Below are positions 38,818 through 53,070 of a stretch of DNA of 64,000 bases, piece by piece. The stretch is from Squalus acanthias (lineage: Eukaryota), in the NCBI GenBank assembly GCA_030390025.1, contig CM059432.1, positions 63,552,001 through 63,616,000 of the forward strand. Direction: 5' to 3'. The translations under genes and the position numbers were made by a program. Within the stretch, counting starts at the first letter, position 1; the number at the start of each line of letters is the position of its first letter. Below the pieces are notes generated by a model that saw only the letters and a program-made list of their open reading frames with translations, did not search any database and was not told the origin of the DNA.

Positions 38818-40379
38818 AATATGTTATACCATGCAGAATGATGCCAGCTTAATAAAATATTTTCTTAATTCACAGAGATGATGGCCGGAATTTTCCGGGG
38901 TGTCAGCGGGCGGGTTTGGTGGTGGGTCGGGTGGGAAATTAGATTTTTTTGACACATCCCCATCTCACTAGCCACCCCTTCACCCCGACTCCACTGTCAA
39001 CCCGCCGCAATGCGCCTTTCCCAATGGCACGTGTGTGATCTCCGATCCGACCCGACCCACAGAGGCGGGCGACCCAATTAAACCAATTACTGGGTTGTTG
39101 ACAGACCCTTAATGATGCTTTTAACCTTACCTTGTAACTTAAACTGCTCGCCCACAGGGTCCAAGCTGCTCGGGGACCACATGTGTGAACCTGAGGCAGG
39201 AGTTGAATGGCCATTGCTCCAGCTGATTACTTGACAGCTTCAAATGTATAGTAAAAGCTCCCATCTGACAGCTCATCACTTTCCTTAGCCACAAGCTGTT
39301 TCTCACTCCATTTCCAGCACACATTCTGCTGGCTTTCCACTTTCCACTCTCCATCCACTCTTACCTTATTGGAAGAACTCTCTCACCATTGACAGAATGC
39401 TTCTGTCATCTCTACTTCACCTGCGATCTATTCCATCAACATGGGTGCCTTTTATACTCTCTCACCTTGGTCCTCAGAATCCCACCACGATCAGCCCCAA
39501 TACCAGCACCACCAGGCACACCAGCAGCACCAACAACAACACCAACCTTCTCCACAATCACCTGATGCTGCACAGGACAGAGGTCATCAGCACCCGAGCA
39601 CATTGCTGCCTGGGAGGCCAGGAATGGCCTCACCATGGCCAGATTTACTTCACTTGATGATGTACACCTTTGCTGCTGCATGATGCACCAGGTTGGCACC
39701 ACCCCACATCAACACCATAAAGCATCCCTACAATGTCCAAGCCATTCCTTTCACACTCATCACCATTGCGGTGGGTACCGTTATGTCTCACCATTCACTG
39801 CAACTCACTAAGCCACTTCCAAAGGTGCACACAAATCTGTCCAAGAACACAAAATGTTGAAAATAAAGGTTTCAATGTTTGACACCACATTAACAGAAAT
39901 TTTACATGAACATTTGATAAAACACCAAAGTGCCTACCCTTGTGTGTTGTTAGTTGGTATGATTGCACGAGAATAAGGGTGAGTGTGAGGGGTGGCTAGT
40001 GAGATGGGGATGTGATAATGTAGATGGGTGGAGGTGCAAGGAAAGTTGGTGTGAGTAAGGATGTGCAGGAGTTCGGTAGGGAAGGCAGAGTGATGGGGAT
40101 GTGATGAGAGGCACAGCAGGGTGAGGTTGAGTGTGGCTTTGTTCTAAGGTTTAGTGATCTGATGAGATCATTGAAAGGTTTACAAGGTCCTCCTGACCAC
40201 ATCATGGGAGAAGCTGGGTGCAGCCCTGCACCTCTGTGCAGTGATTGTCAGTGTTTGCAGCACTTCAATGCTGTAGAACACTGACAGCTAAAATGTCAAA
40301 AGAAAGTTGGCCATGGTCCCTTTAAGGAAACCGACTGATGACACATCATGAATGACGTCACCAGACCCGCTTTCTCTAA

Positions 40380-43300
40380 TTTTTTTTAAAATTCGTTTAT
40401 GGGATCTGGGCGTCGCTGGCAAGGCCAGCATTTATTGCCCATCCCTAGTTGCCCTTGAGAAGGTGGTGGCGAGCTGCCTTCTTGAACCGCTGCAGTCTGT
40501 GTGGTGCGGGTACTCCCACAGTGCTGTTAAGGAGGGAGTTCCAGGATTTTGAAACAGCGACGATGAAGGAATGACGATATACTTCCAATTCAGGATGGTG
40601 TGTGACTTGGAGGGGAACTTGGAGGTGGTGGTGTTCTCATGTGCCTGCTGCCCTTGTCCTTCTAGGTGGTGGAGGTCGCGCGTTTGGTAGGTGCTGCCGA
40701 AGATGCCTTGGCGAGTTGCTGCAGTGCATCTTGTAGATGGTACACACTGCAGCCACGGTACGCCGGTGGTGGAGGGAGTGAATGTTTAAGGTGGTGGATG
40801 GGGTGCCAATCAAGCAGGCTGCTTTATCCTGGATGGTGTCGAGCTTCTTGAGTGTGGTTGGAGCTGCACTCATCCAGGCAAGTGGAGAGTATTCCATCAC
40901 ACTCCTTACTTGTGCCTTGTAGATGGTGGAAAGGCTTTGGGGAGTCAGGAGGTGAGACACTCGCCGCAGAATACCTAGCCTTTGACCTGCTCTTGCTGCC
41001 ACAGTATTTATGTGGCTGATCCAGTTAAGTTTCTGGTCAATGGTGACCCCCAGGATGTTGATAGTGGGGGATTTGGCGATGGTAATGCCATTGAATGTCA
41101 AGGGGTTAGACTCTCGCTTGTTGGAGATAGTCATTGCCTGGCACTTCTGTGGCATAAATGTTACCTGCAACTTATCAGCCCAAACCTGAACGTCGTGCAG
41201 GTCTTCTTGCATGTGGGCATGGACTGCTTCATTATCTGTGGAGTTGTGAATGGCGCTGAACCCTGTGCAGTCATCAGCGAACATCCCCATTTCTGACCTT
41301 ATGATGGAGGGAACGGTCATTGATGAAGCAACTGAAGATGATTGGGGCTAGGACATTGCCCTGAGGAACTCCTGCAGCGATGTGCTGGGGCTGTGATGAT
41401 TGACCTCCAACCACCACAACCATCTTCCTTTGTGCTAGGTATGACTCCAGCCAGTGGAGAGTATTCCCCCTGGTTCACATTGACTTCAGTTTTACTAGGG
41501 CTCCTTGATGCCACACTCGTTCAAATGCTGCGTTGATGTCAAGGGCAGTCACTCTCATCTCACCTCTGGAATTCAGCTCCTTTGTCTATGTTTGGACCAA
41601 GGCTGTAATGAGGTCGGGAGCTGAGTGGTCCTGGCGGAACCCAAGCTGGGCATCAGTGAGTAGGTTATTGGTGAGTAAGTGCCGCTTGATAGCACTGTCG
41701 ATGACACCTTCCATCACTTTGCTGATGATTGAGAGTAGAGTGATGGGGCGGTAATTGGCCGGATTGGATTTGTCCTGCTTTTTGTGGACAGGACATACCT
41801 GGGTAGTTTTCCACATTGTCGGATAGATGCCAGTGTTGTAGCTGTACTGGAACAACTTGGCTAGAGGTGCGGCTAGTTCTGGAGCACAAGTCTTCAGCAC
41901 GATAGCCGGGATGTTGTCGAGGCCCATAGCCTTTGCTGTGCCCAGTGCGCTCAGCCGTTTCTTGATATCACGTGGAGTGAATCGAATTGGCTGAATACCG
42001 ACTTCTGTGATGGTGGGGACCTCGGGAGTAGGCCGATATGGATCATCCACTCGGCACTTCTGGCTGAAGATGGTTGTAAACGCTTCAGCCTTGTCTTTTA
42101 CACTCACGTGCTGGGCTCCACCATCATTAAGGATGGGGATATTCTTGGAGCCTCCTCCTCCCGTTAGTTGTTTAATGGTCTACCACCATTCACAACTGGA
42201 TGTGGCAGGACTGCAGAGCTTTGATCTGATCCGTTGATTGTGGGATCGCTTAGCCCTGTCTATAGCATGCTGCTTCCGCTGCTTAGCATGCATGTAGTCC
42301 TGTGTTGCAGCTTCCCCAGGTTGGGACCATATTTTTAGGTACGCTGGTGCTGCTCCTGGCATGCTCTTCTACACTCGTTGCTGAACCAGGGTTGGTCCCC
42401 TGGCTTGGTGGTAATGGTAGAGGGAAGGATATGCCGGGCCATGAGGTTACAGATTGTGGTGGAATACAATTCTGCTGCTGCTGATGTCCCACAGCGCCTC
42501 ATGGATGCCCAGTTTTGAGCTGCTAGATCTGTTCTGAATCTATCCCATTTAGCACGATGGTCGTGCCACACAACATGATGGAGGGTGTCCTCAGTGTGAA
42601 GACGGGACTTCGTCTCCACAATGACTGTGCGGTGGTCACTGCTGCAATGCTGTCATGGACAGATGCATCTGCAACTGGTAGATGGGTGAGGACGAGGTCA
42701 AGTAGGTTTTTCCCTCGTGTTGGTTCTCTCACCACCTGTCGCAGGCCCAGACTGGCAGTTATATCCTTCAGGACTCAGCCAGCTCGGTCAGTAGTGGTGC
42801 TACCGAGCCACTCTTGGTGATGGACATTGAAGTCCCCCACCCAGAGTACATTCTGTGCCCTTGCTACTCTCAGTGCTTCTTCCAAGTGGTGTTCAACATG
42901 GAGGAGTACTGATTCATCAGCTGAGGGATGGCGGTAGGTGGTAATCAGCAGGAGGTTTCCTTGCCCATGCTTGACCTGAAGCCATGAGACTTCATGAGGT
43001 CCGGAGTCAATGTTGAGGACTCCTAGGGCCACTCCTTCCCGACTGTATACCACTGTGCCACCACCCCTGGTGGGTCTGTCCTGCCGGTGGTGAAAGGATT
43101 CGCAAAATTTCATGTGTCCCCCCCCGAAGATTTTATTGGACTTATTAAAAGGAACCCTGGTTAGACTGAGTTTTAAAATCCAGGGCATGGCTGCGGTCAG
43201 ACCTTGTGACCAAGAGCCTGGCAGTTTTCATTTCAGACGCTGGCAAACTATCAGCTTGTGTATTCCGATGCATTGGGGACAAACCCAATTACAATCAGGT

Positions 43301-44145
43301 CTACGCATAAGGCTTTCAAGGTGTTTGCTCAAATAATCAGCGGGGACAATGAGACTGGGCTGGCCAATCATCGAACCTGTCGGACAAAGGGAGCAGTTGA
43401 AGGTCTGGTATGATACAATTACCGGCCATCTAACATGATGGGCCAAGATCGGAACCTTTTGTTAAAATTCATTATGCCCAGATCAGACAATAGAAATGAG
43501 CAGATCTGGCGGGAGATTAGGACGACCGGGAGGGTATAACTGGGAAGGCCCAGCCACTCGCTCTCTCTCTCTCTGTCTGGGTCCCGGTTCACCCTATCTG
43601 TCTGCTAGCAGCCAAGAAAGCAGACCGTCCAGAAACTTCGTAGCCACGTTTCGACGGCAGAGACAGGGTACAGGGCCAGGTTTTTCCATCCATTTCACCG
43701 GTGAGCATTATCTTCTTCTGGCTGTCGCAAGACAATTTTAGTTAGGCATAAGGGTGGGAATTAATGGGGATATTGCTAAAATTGTAATTTTAGGATTTTC
43801 CCTCGATGTGTCCGTTTCTCCTCCCATGTTAAGTGTAAAACCGTACTGCATAGTGATTTTGTTTTCTTCATAAAATACTGTTTCTCTGTAGTTTCACTTC
43901 TGTAAATAAACATTGGTTTTCCTTGCACCAATCCACGGGTCTGATCGTTTGTCCTTATCGCCGCTCGATAAGTCCTGGGCTCAGAACTAGGAAGGGGATA
44001 GCGATTCGCAACCGCACAGTGGGCAGGGCAGCCCAGGAAAACATAACTGGCTGACCTACAAATAAGCCCCTGAGACAAAATCCCCTTACAGTGGTACAGG
44101 ACATACCCAGGGATGGTAATAGAGGAGTTTGGGACATTGGGACTG
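40380..44145 (-). mobile_element. LINE family B, nearly complete ORF2 (endonuclease and RT), disrupted, with an LTR inserted
   Basis: ITIPGY|HRQDRPTRGGG, WVGDFNVH, REPTRGKNLLDLVLT, NYRPITLLS, MFADD, and an intact 3' tail. Confidence 0.93.
43091..44090 (+). mobile_element. Solo LTR, 1000 bp
   Basis: TG...CA termini (tgaaaggatt / aatccccttaca), GTGG TSD (43087-90 and 44091-94), TATAA near 43534, AATAAA near 43905. The LINE reading resumes across it. Confidence 0.9.
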
Positions 44146-44867
44146 GGAAACGCGATGGGCGGGCTTAACAAGCCCTATCAACATAAATTGATTTTCCAGA
44201 GTGGGATCGAGCCAGCAGCGGGGCCGCGACCCACCACCGGCATCGCCCGCCCCGGACCTGAGGTAAGGAAAATCCCGGCCGCTGTCACAGTTGAGGACTG
44301 AAGGCACTGTGAAAAAACATTATTCACAGAGATGCCTTCCAACCACTCCCCAATCAATGCATCCATATTGTTCCCATTTAAAACTAACATTTATAGCCAA
44401 CTTTTATCATTTTAATTTTGATTACTAACATAGTTTGTGATATAAAGAGAATATAAAATGAGGAGCTTTCGGATAGTGTCTGTATTCCACTCACGGTACT
44501 GAGTATAACTTGCTATCAACCTTATTGCTGAATAAGTTATCATGACAGTCACTTACATCATATCCCACTGTTCCCCATAATTGTATCCTACAGTTATATA
44601 ATGGAAGTAGGTATAACAGAGATTTATTCAAATGATTTTGTAAAAATATATAATAAAAATTGAATTTATGAGATATTCTTCAAGGTGAATTAATTTCAGT
44701 GTTGGGAATGCAAGGTTTTTTACACTTCCTTTTCCCACTGTCAGCATTCCATGCCAGGCATGACGCAGGTCAGATCTAACCGTAACTTCAGAAAAGTTGC
44801 TTTTAAAATCCATAAATGTGGTAAATTCTCTCCCCAATGATTGAACCATACACTCCAGGAAAGTCCC

Positions 44868-45178
44868 AGGTCCCAGAAGGGTCAGTAACCAGAGGACACA
44901 GATTTAAAGTAATTGACAAAAGAACCAGAGGCAACATGAGGAAAACATTTTTTACATAGCGAGTAGTTATGATCTGGAATGCACTGCCTGAACGGGTGGT
45001 GGAAGCAGATTCAATAATAACTTTCAAAAGGGAGTTGGATATCTGCTTGAAAAGGAGAAATTTGCAGGGCTATGGGGAAAGGGCAGGGGCGTGAGATTAA
45101 TTGGATAGCTCTTTCAAAGAGCTTTCACAGGCACGATGGGTTGAATGGCCGCCTTCTGTGCTGTATGATTCTATGATT
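44868..45178 (+). mobile_element. CR1 3' end
   Basis: TRGHRFKVI...IWNALPERVVEADS, with tail tatgattctatgatt. Confidence 0.88.
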
Positions 45179-48100
45179 CACAGCCTCACATGTGTAAACC
45201 TTTTCTATTTCTCACATCATCGATCTTTATAATCTTATTGAACTTTAAAGTTGTATTGGATTATGAGCAGTTTGTGCTGTTAACTTGTGCCCAGTAGGAT
45301 AAGGCTTCCCAAATTCATTTCACACCCAACATTAAGAGCAGACTTTCATAACATCAGTCTGATTTGGATTCAAATCCACTTTCAGAGGCAGCCTTCACCT
45401 CCCTGAATATTACATCAGACTGAATTGCAACTGTGCCTATTTATTATAAAAAGATTTTCTTGGTAGTTTTTCAAGTTGGCAGTGATACAATCAGAACCTC
45501 TTGGAACTGAGAATGCATTAACACGTGAATATTTGTTTAGTTTTTTTTAAGTGGAAACTGCCATGATTCAGGATTTTTTACTATCTTTCCATGATTTTGG
45601 CGTCATTTATGGAAAAATAATGATATTAAGTTAAATTTGACTTACAAGAGGTTCAATCCACAACACAGAGCTACAGGGAAATGCAGATTAGATTCAGATG
45701 AAGTGTCTGTCCTGATTGTTTGAGACAATAACAGTTTGTTAAATGATTCCCAGTAACATTAGGAGACTTGACTTTGAAAAGTGGTAGCTGGTTTAGCTGG
45801 CCAATCCTTGGACTCACAGAACTCAGAGAGGGTCAATGGTCAAGAATGTGTTTCCTGTCCAGCTAGGAAGAAGGGAAAGAAACACATGGACAGTCTAGTT
45901 TGAGTTGGCAGGGAAGCCAGGAATTGAGATTGAGAAAGCTCTCTCTTTAAGTTCAGGGCCAACTAGTTTCAAGGAAATTTCTAGTCAGAAAAGTGCATTT
46001 AGCCCACCAATTGGACAACGTGGCACACTTTGTTATTTTTTTTGTTAGGAGGAAGGTTGCAAAAATATGTTGAAGATTTACAATAGAATGTTACTCTATT
46101 TGTTCATACATTGTTTGTAACTTAAATCAGTCTGTTGGTTTATAATCAGCCTTGTTTCACTAAAGTGTTTATTCAAAGACCTTTCTGAAGATTGGCAAAG
46201 TGCACAAGATGACACATGTGGAAGAATATTATTCAGTTCATATAACAAGGGGGCATCATTGTTACAGCCCCTGCGATATGCTATGGCTCGATATTGTGTA
46301 GTAAAAGATAAAGTCCAGTCTGTAATGGACGCAGCATCCATTTCATGGGAGAGACCCAAGAAAATATCTAGTGCAGATCCAAAATTTGTAACTGCCTCCC
46401 TTAGAGGCCAGTCACCTTCGTGGCGAGTTCTTCAACCCCCGGCAATTTACACCATAGGATTCTTCATGACCACCACCACTGCTGCAGTTTAATTGGCTGA
46501 ACTGGGAGGTGATTGTGGTGGAACTGTATTAGTTTTCTTTTGTTGAGGTAGATAATTCACTTCACTAGCGTACTTACTCCAGTAAAAGCCAAGAAACACA
46601 AAAATGGGCTTAGGTCTGGTAGATGGACGTGTGACATGGAGTCTTGGACCTGAAACCTGCTATTATTGGTGGAAGTCAAACTCTACACTACTAGGCAATT
46701 CTGCAATGAAAATATTCTACTGTAACAACATATTTAAAAAATACAATGACTGCGCGAATAATCGGAAGGGTGCTTGATTAACAATGTAAAGGTAGGAATT
46801 TTAACTTCTAGACTCATCTGATACTTAAAATTTCTTGGATTGTGACTAAAGCCACTTACTGGTAAAACAGAAGAAAATGGTAAGAGAATAAAATACAAAT
46901 AAAATTAAATATGAAAAGATGGCTGAAGTTGCTCCTTCTGGGTATATGTCTAACTCTGAGTCCTTCTACAAATGGACAATTACATCTGTAACTGGGTGGG
47001 AATGGGAATATAATGCTGACAATAAACCACAAAACAAATATACGAAGCGTGCTCAATATTCTTTTTCATGCATAGATAATGAATGAGGGAAGGAATTGTA
47101 TGAGTGGTCATATTATTGTAGTGAAATTACACTCTACATAAGTTCCAGGCATCACTGACATTTTGTTTGTGCATTGTACAGTTATGCAATCTTTAACATC
47201 CATCTGAACCATTGGAACACGTAGATGAGAAGCAAGTTTGACATTTAATTTGAAGGATAGGAAACTGCTGTTAGGGAAGAAGTTATTAGCTCAGAAAAAC
47301 CACGTGCATCTTTTCATATTTCAATTAATCAATGTACGCCTTTAATATGTGATAATACCCACTAATGACAGTTAAACAGAGAGAAAATTAATTTTCCACC
47401 ATTTGATTTCCTTCTGTTGAGCTGAATAATCAGGGAAGAATGATATCCTACTATGTTCTCGTCACTAAAATCAATTGTTGTTATTGAGGGTGTCATATTG
47501 TAGAAACACTTCAGGTCATTATCACTGATGAATGCAGTAACATGTGATGAATAAAAGGTTTCGAAGTGGAGATCTTCTTCTGCTGAACTGCACATTGAGC
47601 ATTTTCATTGATTACTGAGTCCTATTGCAGTGTGATTTGTACTTATGCTGAGATATTCATACTAATTGCTGGCTGCTTGAATACAGTAAGTCACCAATTT
47701 TTGACATATCAATTTCTCTCAATTAGAAAGAAAGTCATCAATTCTAAATACTGGGCTACTTGCAGCACCGGCATTTCTTCCTCTCACTGCCTTTGAAAAA
47801 AGAACTGATGGAACAATTCAAAGTTCTCAAATGCACAGATTTTGTTAAAATAAGTTTAATTTAATAAAATGTTATCTTGCCATGCATTCTGATGCAGAAC
47901 CCATCATTGTACAACGTAAAAACCTGCATGCTGATCAAATAGAGGGTTTGCGGTCGATGGAGAGCAATGGATTGACTGTGGGCTTGTCTCCACATTCATG
48001 CAGCTAATGACACCCCAGGGTTTCGGGAAAGGCACAAATGGTTTGAAATTGCTGCTGTTTCACCAATTCACCAGTCATGTCTTAAATGCAGGAGGACATT

Positions 48101-48619
48101 GTTCTTTAAAATTCTACAAAATATATGGGAATATGGGAGAATGGGAAAAAGGCAGGGGGATGGGACTAAGCGATTAGTTCTTTCAGAGTGTCCATGTAGG
48201 GGCAATGAATGGAGTGGTCTCTTTCTGTTCTATGTAACTCTATGATTCTATGTTAATATCTGATAATATCAGCTATATTTGCACCAGGTGACCAGAATGA
48301 GTGCAGTTGTGGCCTTTCACAGCCAGACAAATTCTAGTTTATGGGAAGATCATCAAGTCATCTTCCACCAGTTGACACTGCTCAGCAATTAGTAGGGCCT
48401 CAGGTTCATTTGGCACTGCTCCTCTATTGGTGCTTGGCATGATATTCTGATCCTGTAGGCCTTTTCTATTCAATATACTATTCTCATGAGGAAAGGAAAA
48501 TTGGGCGCAAAGTCGAAACAAGCTGCCTATTTGCTATGAACCCATTTTGTGCTACTTGTGTAGACCAATTTACCCACCCGCCCACCCGCCCCCCCCCCCT
48601 CTCTGGTGTCTTTGAAGAA

Positions 48620-49180
48620 TTTAAAGAAACAAGTTGGCATTTCCCCATTGAAGATTGTCAAAGAGATTACAATATAATGATGCAGGAGGGCAAGAGGTTG
48701 TAAGTACTTGGCAACTTGGCATTATATCTGAAGAAACTTGAAGAATGTGGAGTGGAATCACTAGCAAAAGAATGGGTAGTTGGATGATAAGTTGAGGAGG
48801 TCAAATATATGGAGAAAGAACAGAGTTGTAAAGAGAGCATAGCTCTGGGAACTGCTCAGTTAATGGAAAAAGAATCAGCAGATGAGCTATCAACTACAGC
48901 ACAGAGAGAGCAATTTGAGAAGAAACTATCTAACCACAAACATAGTTTTGGTGGGAGGCAATATGATGTAACTTGTTAGAACACATGGCGTCAGACCATG
49001 TGAACCGCTTTGAGATGTCAAGAGCAGAATTCCAGAGGCGGTAATGTAGGCAGAAAGATCATCAGTGGAAGAGTCATGCCATAAACTTTCATGGTATTGG
49101 CTAATTTAAGAGTTAACACCAGCTTCAATAACTTCTTCCATAACAGCAGTTTCCTATCCTTCAAATTAAATGTCCTACAT
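48620..49180 (-). mobile_element. Ancient CR1-group RT relic
   Basis: Minus strand reads ALDISK at about 49010-49026 and has a VPQG-like remnant near 48850. Highly decayed. Confidence 0.45.
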
Positions 49181-50171
49181 GCTTCTCATCTACCTGTTCC
49201 AGTGATTCAGATGGATGTTAAAGAGTGCATAACAGTATTTGAAGAAGAACACAGAGTTCTCTCAGTGTCATCGCCTCCATTAACCAACATCAGTATTTCA
49301 ATGGGATGTTGCTGGGGCTGAGTGCCTGCTACAGTTTCTTCCATGTCTAAGGTAATTCAGTGTATGAAGCACTTTGAGATACTTCAATAGTCAGGCACTG
49401 TGTCAACAGTGGCCATGTGACTCACAAGCCACATGAGACTCTTCTGTTGTTCTTTGACCTTTAAACACAATTGATAATAATAAGGTTTTCTGGTTAGACA
49501 TTTGGAGCAATCATGGGCACTGCACTGTACACTATACGCTGTTTCTCTGGGATTTCCACAGATCCACAAAATTTACAGTGGCCAATTGGGAGAACCCCCA
49601 TGGAAATTCAACCCCCAGATTTCAATAAAATAGTGAATAATAAAACCTGTCAAAAGTCACATTGACTCATGTGCCGGTATGTACCTTGTGCAATTTTAAT
49701 TGTAGTTACACTGAGACTAACTTTGAGTTACTAGTGTTAGAGGGGCGTCATTATTTATAATCAGAAATGATTGAATTTTGATTCTTGTGGTTAAATGCTA
49801 AGATTATGGCAACTTTTTGAAATCAAATAAGCATCAGTTAAAAAAATTACAATTGGAATTTTGTTGCAACGACTCTACTCAATAAATAAAACATGCCATG
49901 GGGGATTCCACTGAAAATATCCATACTAGTATATACCAAGTAATATTTTACATTAAGATACTTTTAATCTTAATTGGTGTCGTGAAGTACATTTTCTTGG
50001 CTCTCATTATTTTGGTGGTACTCCTAAACATAGATGTCATGACCTTTGTAGAGCCAATAGTAGCTCAAATCTACTTTTGGCATTACTGTGCTAGAACCAA
50101 GCTCGAGTGCAAAAAGAAAGGCCTGAACACTGTAGAATCTTTGTCAGATAATATTTTTTTTGGCTCTTAAA

Positions 50172-50431
50172 TGCATGGGAACACCACCACCTCCAAGTTC
50201 CCCTCCAAGTCACGCATCATCCTGACTTGGAAGTATATCGCCGATCCTTCATCGTTGCTGGGTCAAAATCCTGGAACTCCCTCCCTAACAGCATCGTGGG
50301 AGTATCTTTACCACACGGACTGCAGCGGTTCAAGAAGGCGGCTCTCCACCATCTTCTCAAGGGCAACTAGGGATGGACAATAAATGCTGGCCTTGCCAGT
50401 GACACCCACATCCCATGAATGAATAAAAAAA
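50172..50431 (+). mobile_element. LINE family B 3' end
   Basis: Matches 17075-17331. Confidence 0.9.
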
Positions 50432-50631
50432 GAGTAGTAATCCCACAGCCACTGCACTGGGACTGCATTATCAGCTTTTAAATATCTGGTACTCTTCAGG
50501 CACTGCACCTGCCTGCACTAGACTGATGATCTTGCACTGTAATGCAAGGTTAGCTCATTTAAACATTAGCCCAGCACTCCCAGTGTACAGCATGTAATGT
50601 ACAGGTAGCGCACAAAATCGAAGGGGTGGGA

Positions 50632-51052
50632 TTTATTTTTTCATTCTCAAGATGTGAGCCTCAGTGTCAAGGCCAGAATTTATTGCCCATCCCTAGAACC
50701 CCAAGGTGGTGGTGGGCCTTCTTCTTGAACTGCTTCAGTCAATTCTTGATAGCAGTTTGATACAACTGAGTGGATTAACAAAGGGCAGTTAAGAGTCAAC
50801 CACGTTGGTGTGGGACTGGAGTCACATACAGGCCAGATTTGATAAGGACAGCAGGTTTCCTTCCCTAAAAGACATTAGTGAACCAGATAAGTTTTTATAA
50901 CAATTGGATAGCTTCATGGTCACATTTACTGATACCAGTTGTTTATTTCCATATTTTTAAAATTTCAACTCAAATTGTCAAACTGCCATGGTGGGATTTT
51001 AACTCATATTATCTGGATTACTAATTCAGTAACATAACCACTACACTACCAT
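50632..51052 (-). mobile_element. tRNA-derived SINE with a LINE family B 3' tail
   Basis: Minus-strand head ggtagtgtagtggttatgttactg (A box) and gagttaaaatccc (B-box-like). Tail resembles the family B 3' UTR. Confidence 0.75.
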
Positions 51053-51763
51053 ACCAGTTCCAGCAGCTTTCAAAGGCCTGCATATTGCCCTTAAAGAGGA
51101 ACTAGCTCAAAATTCCAAAAATGTTAGAAGCAAAACTCAGAGGGAGATGGGGTCCAGCTTTAAGAAGTTAAATTAATATCTTGCAAAGCAGATTAACATA
51201 TTAACAGGCAAACACTCAGCACCAACGAAGCACAGAAATAGGTGCAAATAACCACAGCAGCTACTGGGAGCATGTCACTTGTGTTAAAGCTAAAGGACCC
51301 AACATATGGGAAGGGCTTCTCAGTCGGTGCCTGTTTCATACAGGCACTGAATGCTTGAAGTACTGTTTAAGTGCTGCAAGTGCACTATGGGCAATCACCT
51401 AATTTGAATAAAATGTTGTCCCATAATAGTCTAATCTATGATAGGTGTGTAGGTTCTCAACATGAGAAGCACTTGCTAACTCCATTGTTACATGCCCTAT
51501 GCAGACATGAGGCAGTGCACACTAATACGCAGCAATGTGCATTACTGCCGCCCAACAGTATTAAATATGCAAAGACAGCTAAATATGACTAAATATGACC
51601 ATGGGGCTGATAATGTTATCTTTGGTGACTACAGCACTGCTGTGCATACCATCCATTCTATGTCAGACTGGATGGAAATTTACTAACATTTATTATTTGC
51701 CTACTTGTTCTCATGGTTTTCATTGCTTTAATACAATAATATGATCATATTCCTGCAGATATA

Positions 51764-52174
51764 GGGTAGACTTTCCTAACCCTTTTACGTTGCTCCGGGA
51801 TTTCCTGTGGGGATGGAGCTGGGTCAGCATCTGCAGTAGGGTTAACAACGTTTCTCCACAGATGCTGCCTGATCTGCTGAGTATTTCCAGCATTTTCTAT
51901 TTTTATTTCCGATTTCCAGCATCCGCCGTATTTTGCTTTTGTTGCAGTAGGGGAAAACCCATTGTAGCCATATTACCGAGGCGGAGAGGGTGTTCACCGC
52001 CTGCCGCCTCACCTTTTCAAGACACGCATCACTGATACATCCTCACAGGCATTGGTCGTCCAGCCCGACTATGATAATGGCCTCATCCCTCTCTTTGGTG
52101 ATTGGTAGACTTAGCCTCCGCGCCGCTGCACTATGTTTACACTGAAGGAGCAGGGCCAAGGGAATTTTGGCCCC
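51764..52174. mobile_element. Harbinger-like MITE containing a short repeat fragment (about 51840-51945, possibly another Penelope-type terminus)
   Basis: TIR-like gggtagactttcc / ggaattttggccc. Internal ctccacagatgctgcctgatctgctgagtatttccagcatttt. Confidence 0.5.
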
Positions 52175-53070
52175 AGACTGTTTCAGAGCATCAAACTTTA
52201 CTGCACTGAGCCCCCTGTAGACAGATGTGCCACATGTGTGTTCCAGCATCTTCTGCTCAAAGGTACCCACTGAGAGGTCTACTTCCTCAACTGTCTGGGC
52301 AGAGCCACTGAGCCTCCATTCGGCACCACTGAGCTTCTCTGAAACTCCTCTGGTGATGATCCCTTACCAATAGTGCTGTTCCCTGCTCCTATTTGCGAGT
52401 GATTCCTGGACTGCCTCCTATCCTGTGTGTTTTCCCCTATGTTGGGGTCTCTTATAGCTTTGCATAGATCACTGATCGTCTTCCTGACCTCAATCACAGT
52501 TCAGTGGATCAGGGACGCAGCACTCACCCTGTTAACAACCACATGTCAGGTGTGCTGTTGCTTTGGTTCAGAGATGTTAATTTCTGCAAAGCCAAAAGAA
52601 GCCTCTGTCCTTCTCAGGCCTGCACCAACAAGATCAGACAGAGATTGTTATGCAAAGCAAACTTTACTTCTGCACAACATGGATATGGTAGCTCTTGAAC
52701 TCTTCTTGATGCTTCTGGGTGTTACATTAACAATTAAGAGCCATGAAAACACTATCATTATGAGAGATAAGTCAGGAAAGGCTAGATTTCCATCATTGAC
52801 AATAAAATGTAGAAAAAATAATGAGCATATTGCAGAACATGTAAGGGTAGATTTTCCTGCCCACCCACCTACTGTGCACCCAAAATTCACTGCTCCTGCC
52901 CACGCTCAAAAGCCGTGGCATTTCCTGACCTGGGTTATTAACATGCCCCGGGCAGGTCCTAACACTGGCAGTAGGGACAAGAAATTTAAGTGTCTGCAGC
53001 TGTGTGGCGGCCTTCTGAGATTGGAGCCATCCATCAGCTGATGGAGATTAGCAGCTAGAAGATTCCATCA

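Larger units (their letters stand above)
38883..44280. mobile_element. Non-autonomous Harbinger derivative hosting a LINE that itself hosts an LTR
   Basis: TIRs ggccggaattttcc / ggaaaatcccggcc, flanks GAT and GCT. Myb remnant FNDLIRS near 40160 on -. Confidence 0.78.

Noticed and set aside
49898..50170. Small membrane protein ORF
   Set aside because: The hydrophobicity is explained by T-rich composition, and there is no other support.
52427..53041. 204-aa ORF as a host gene
   Set aside because: It crosses decayed repeat and MITE boundaries and has no recognisable domain.
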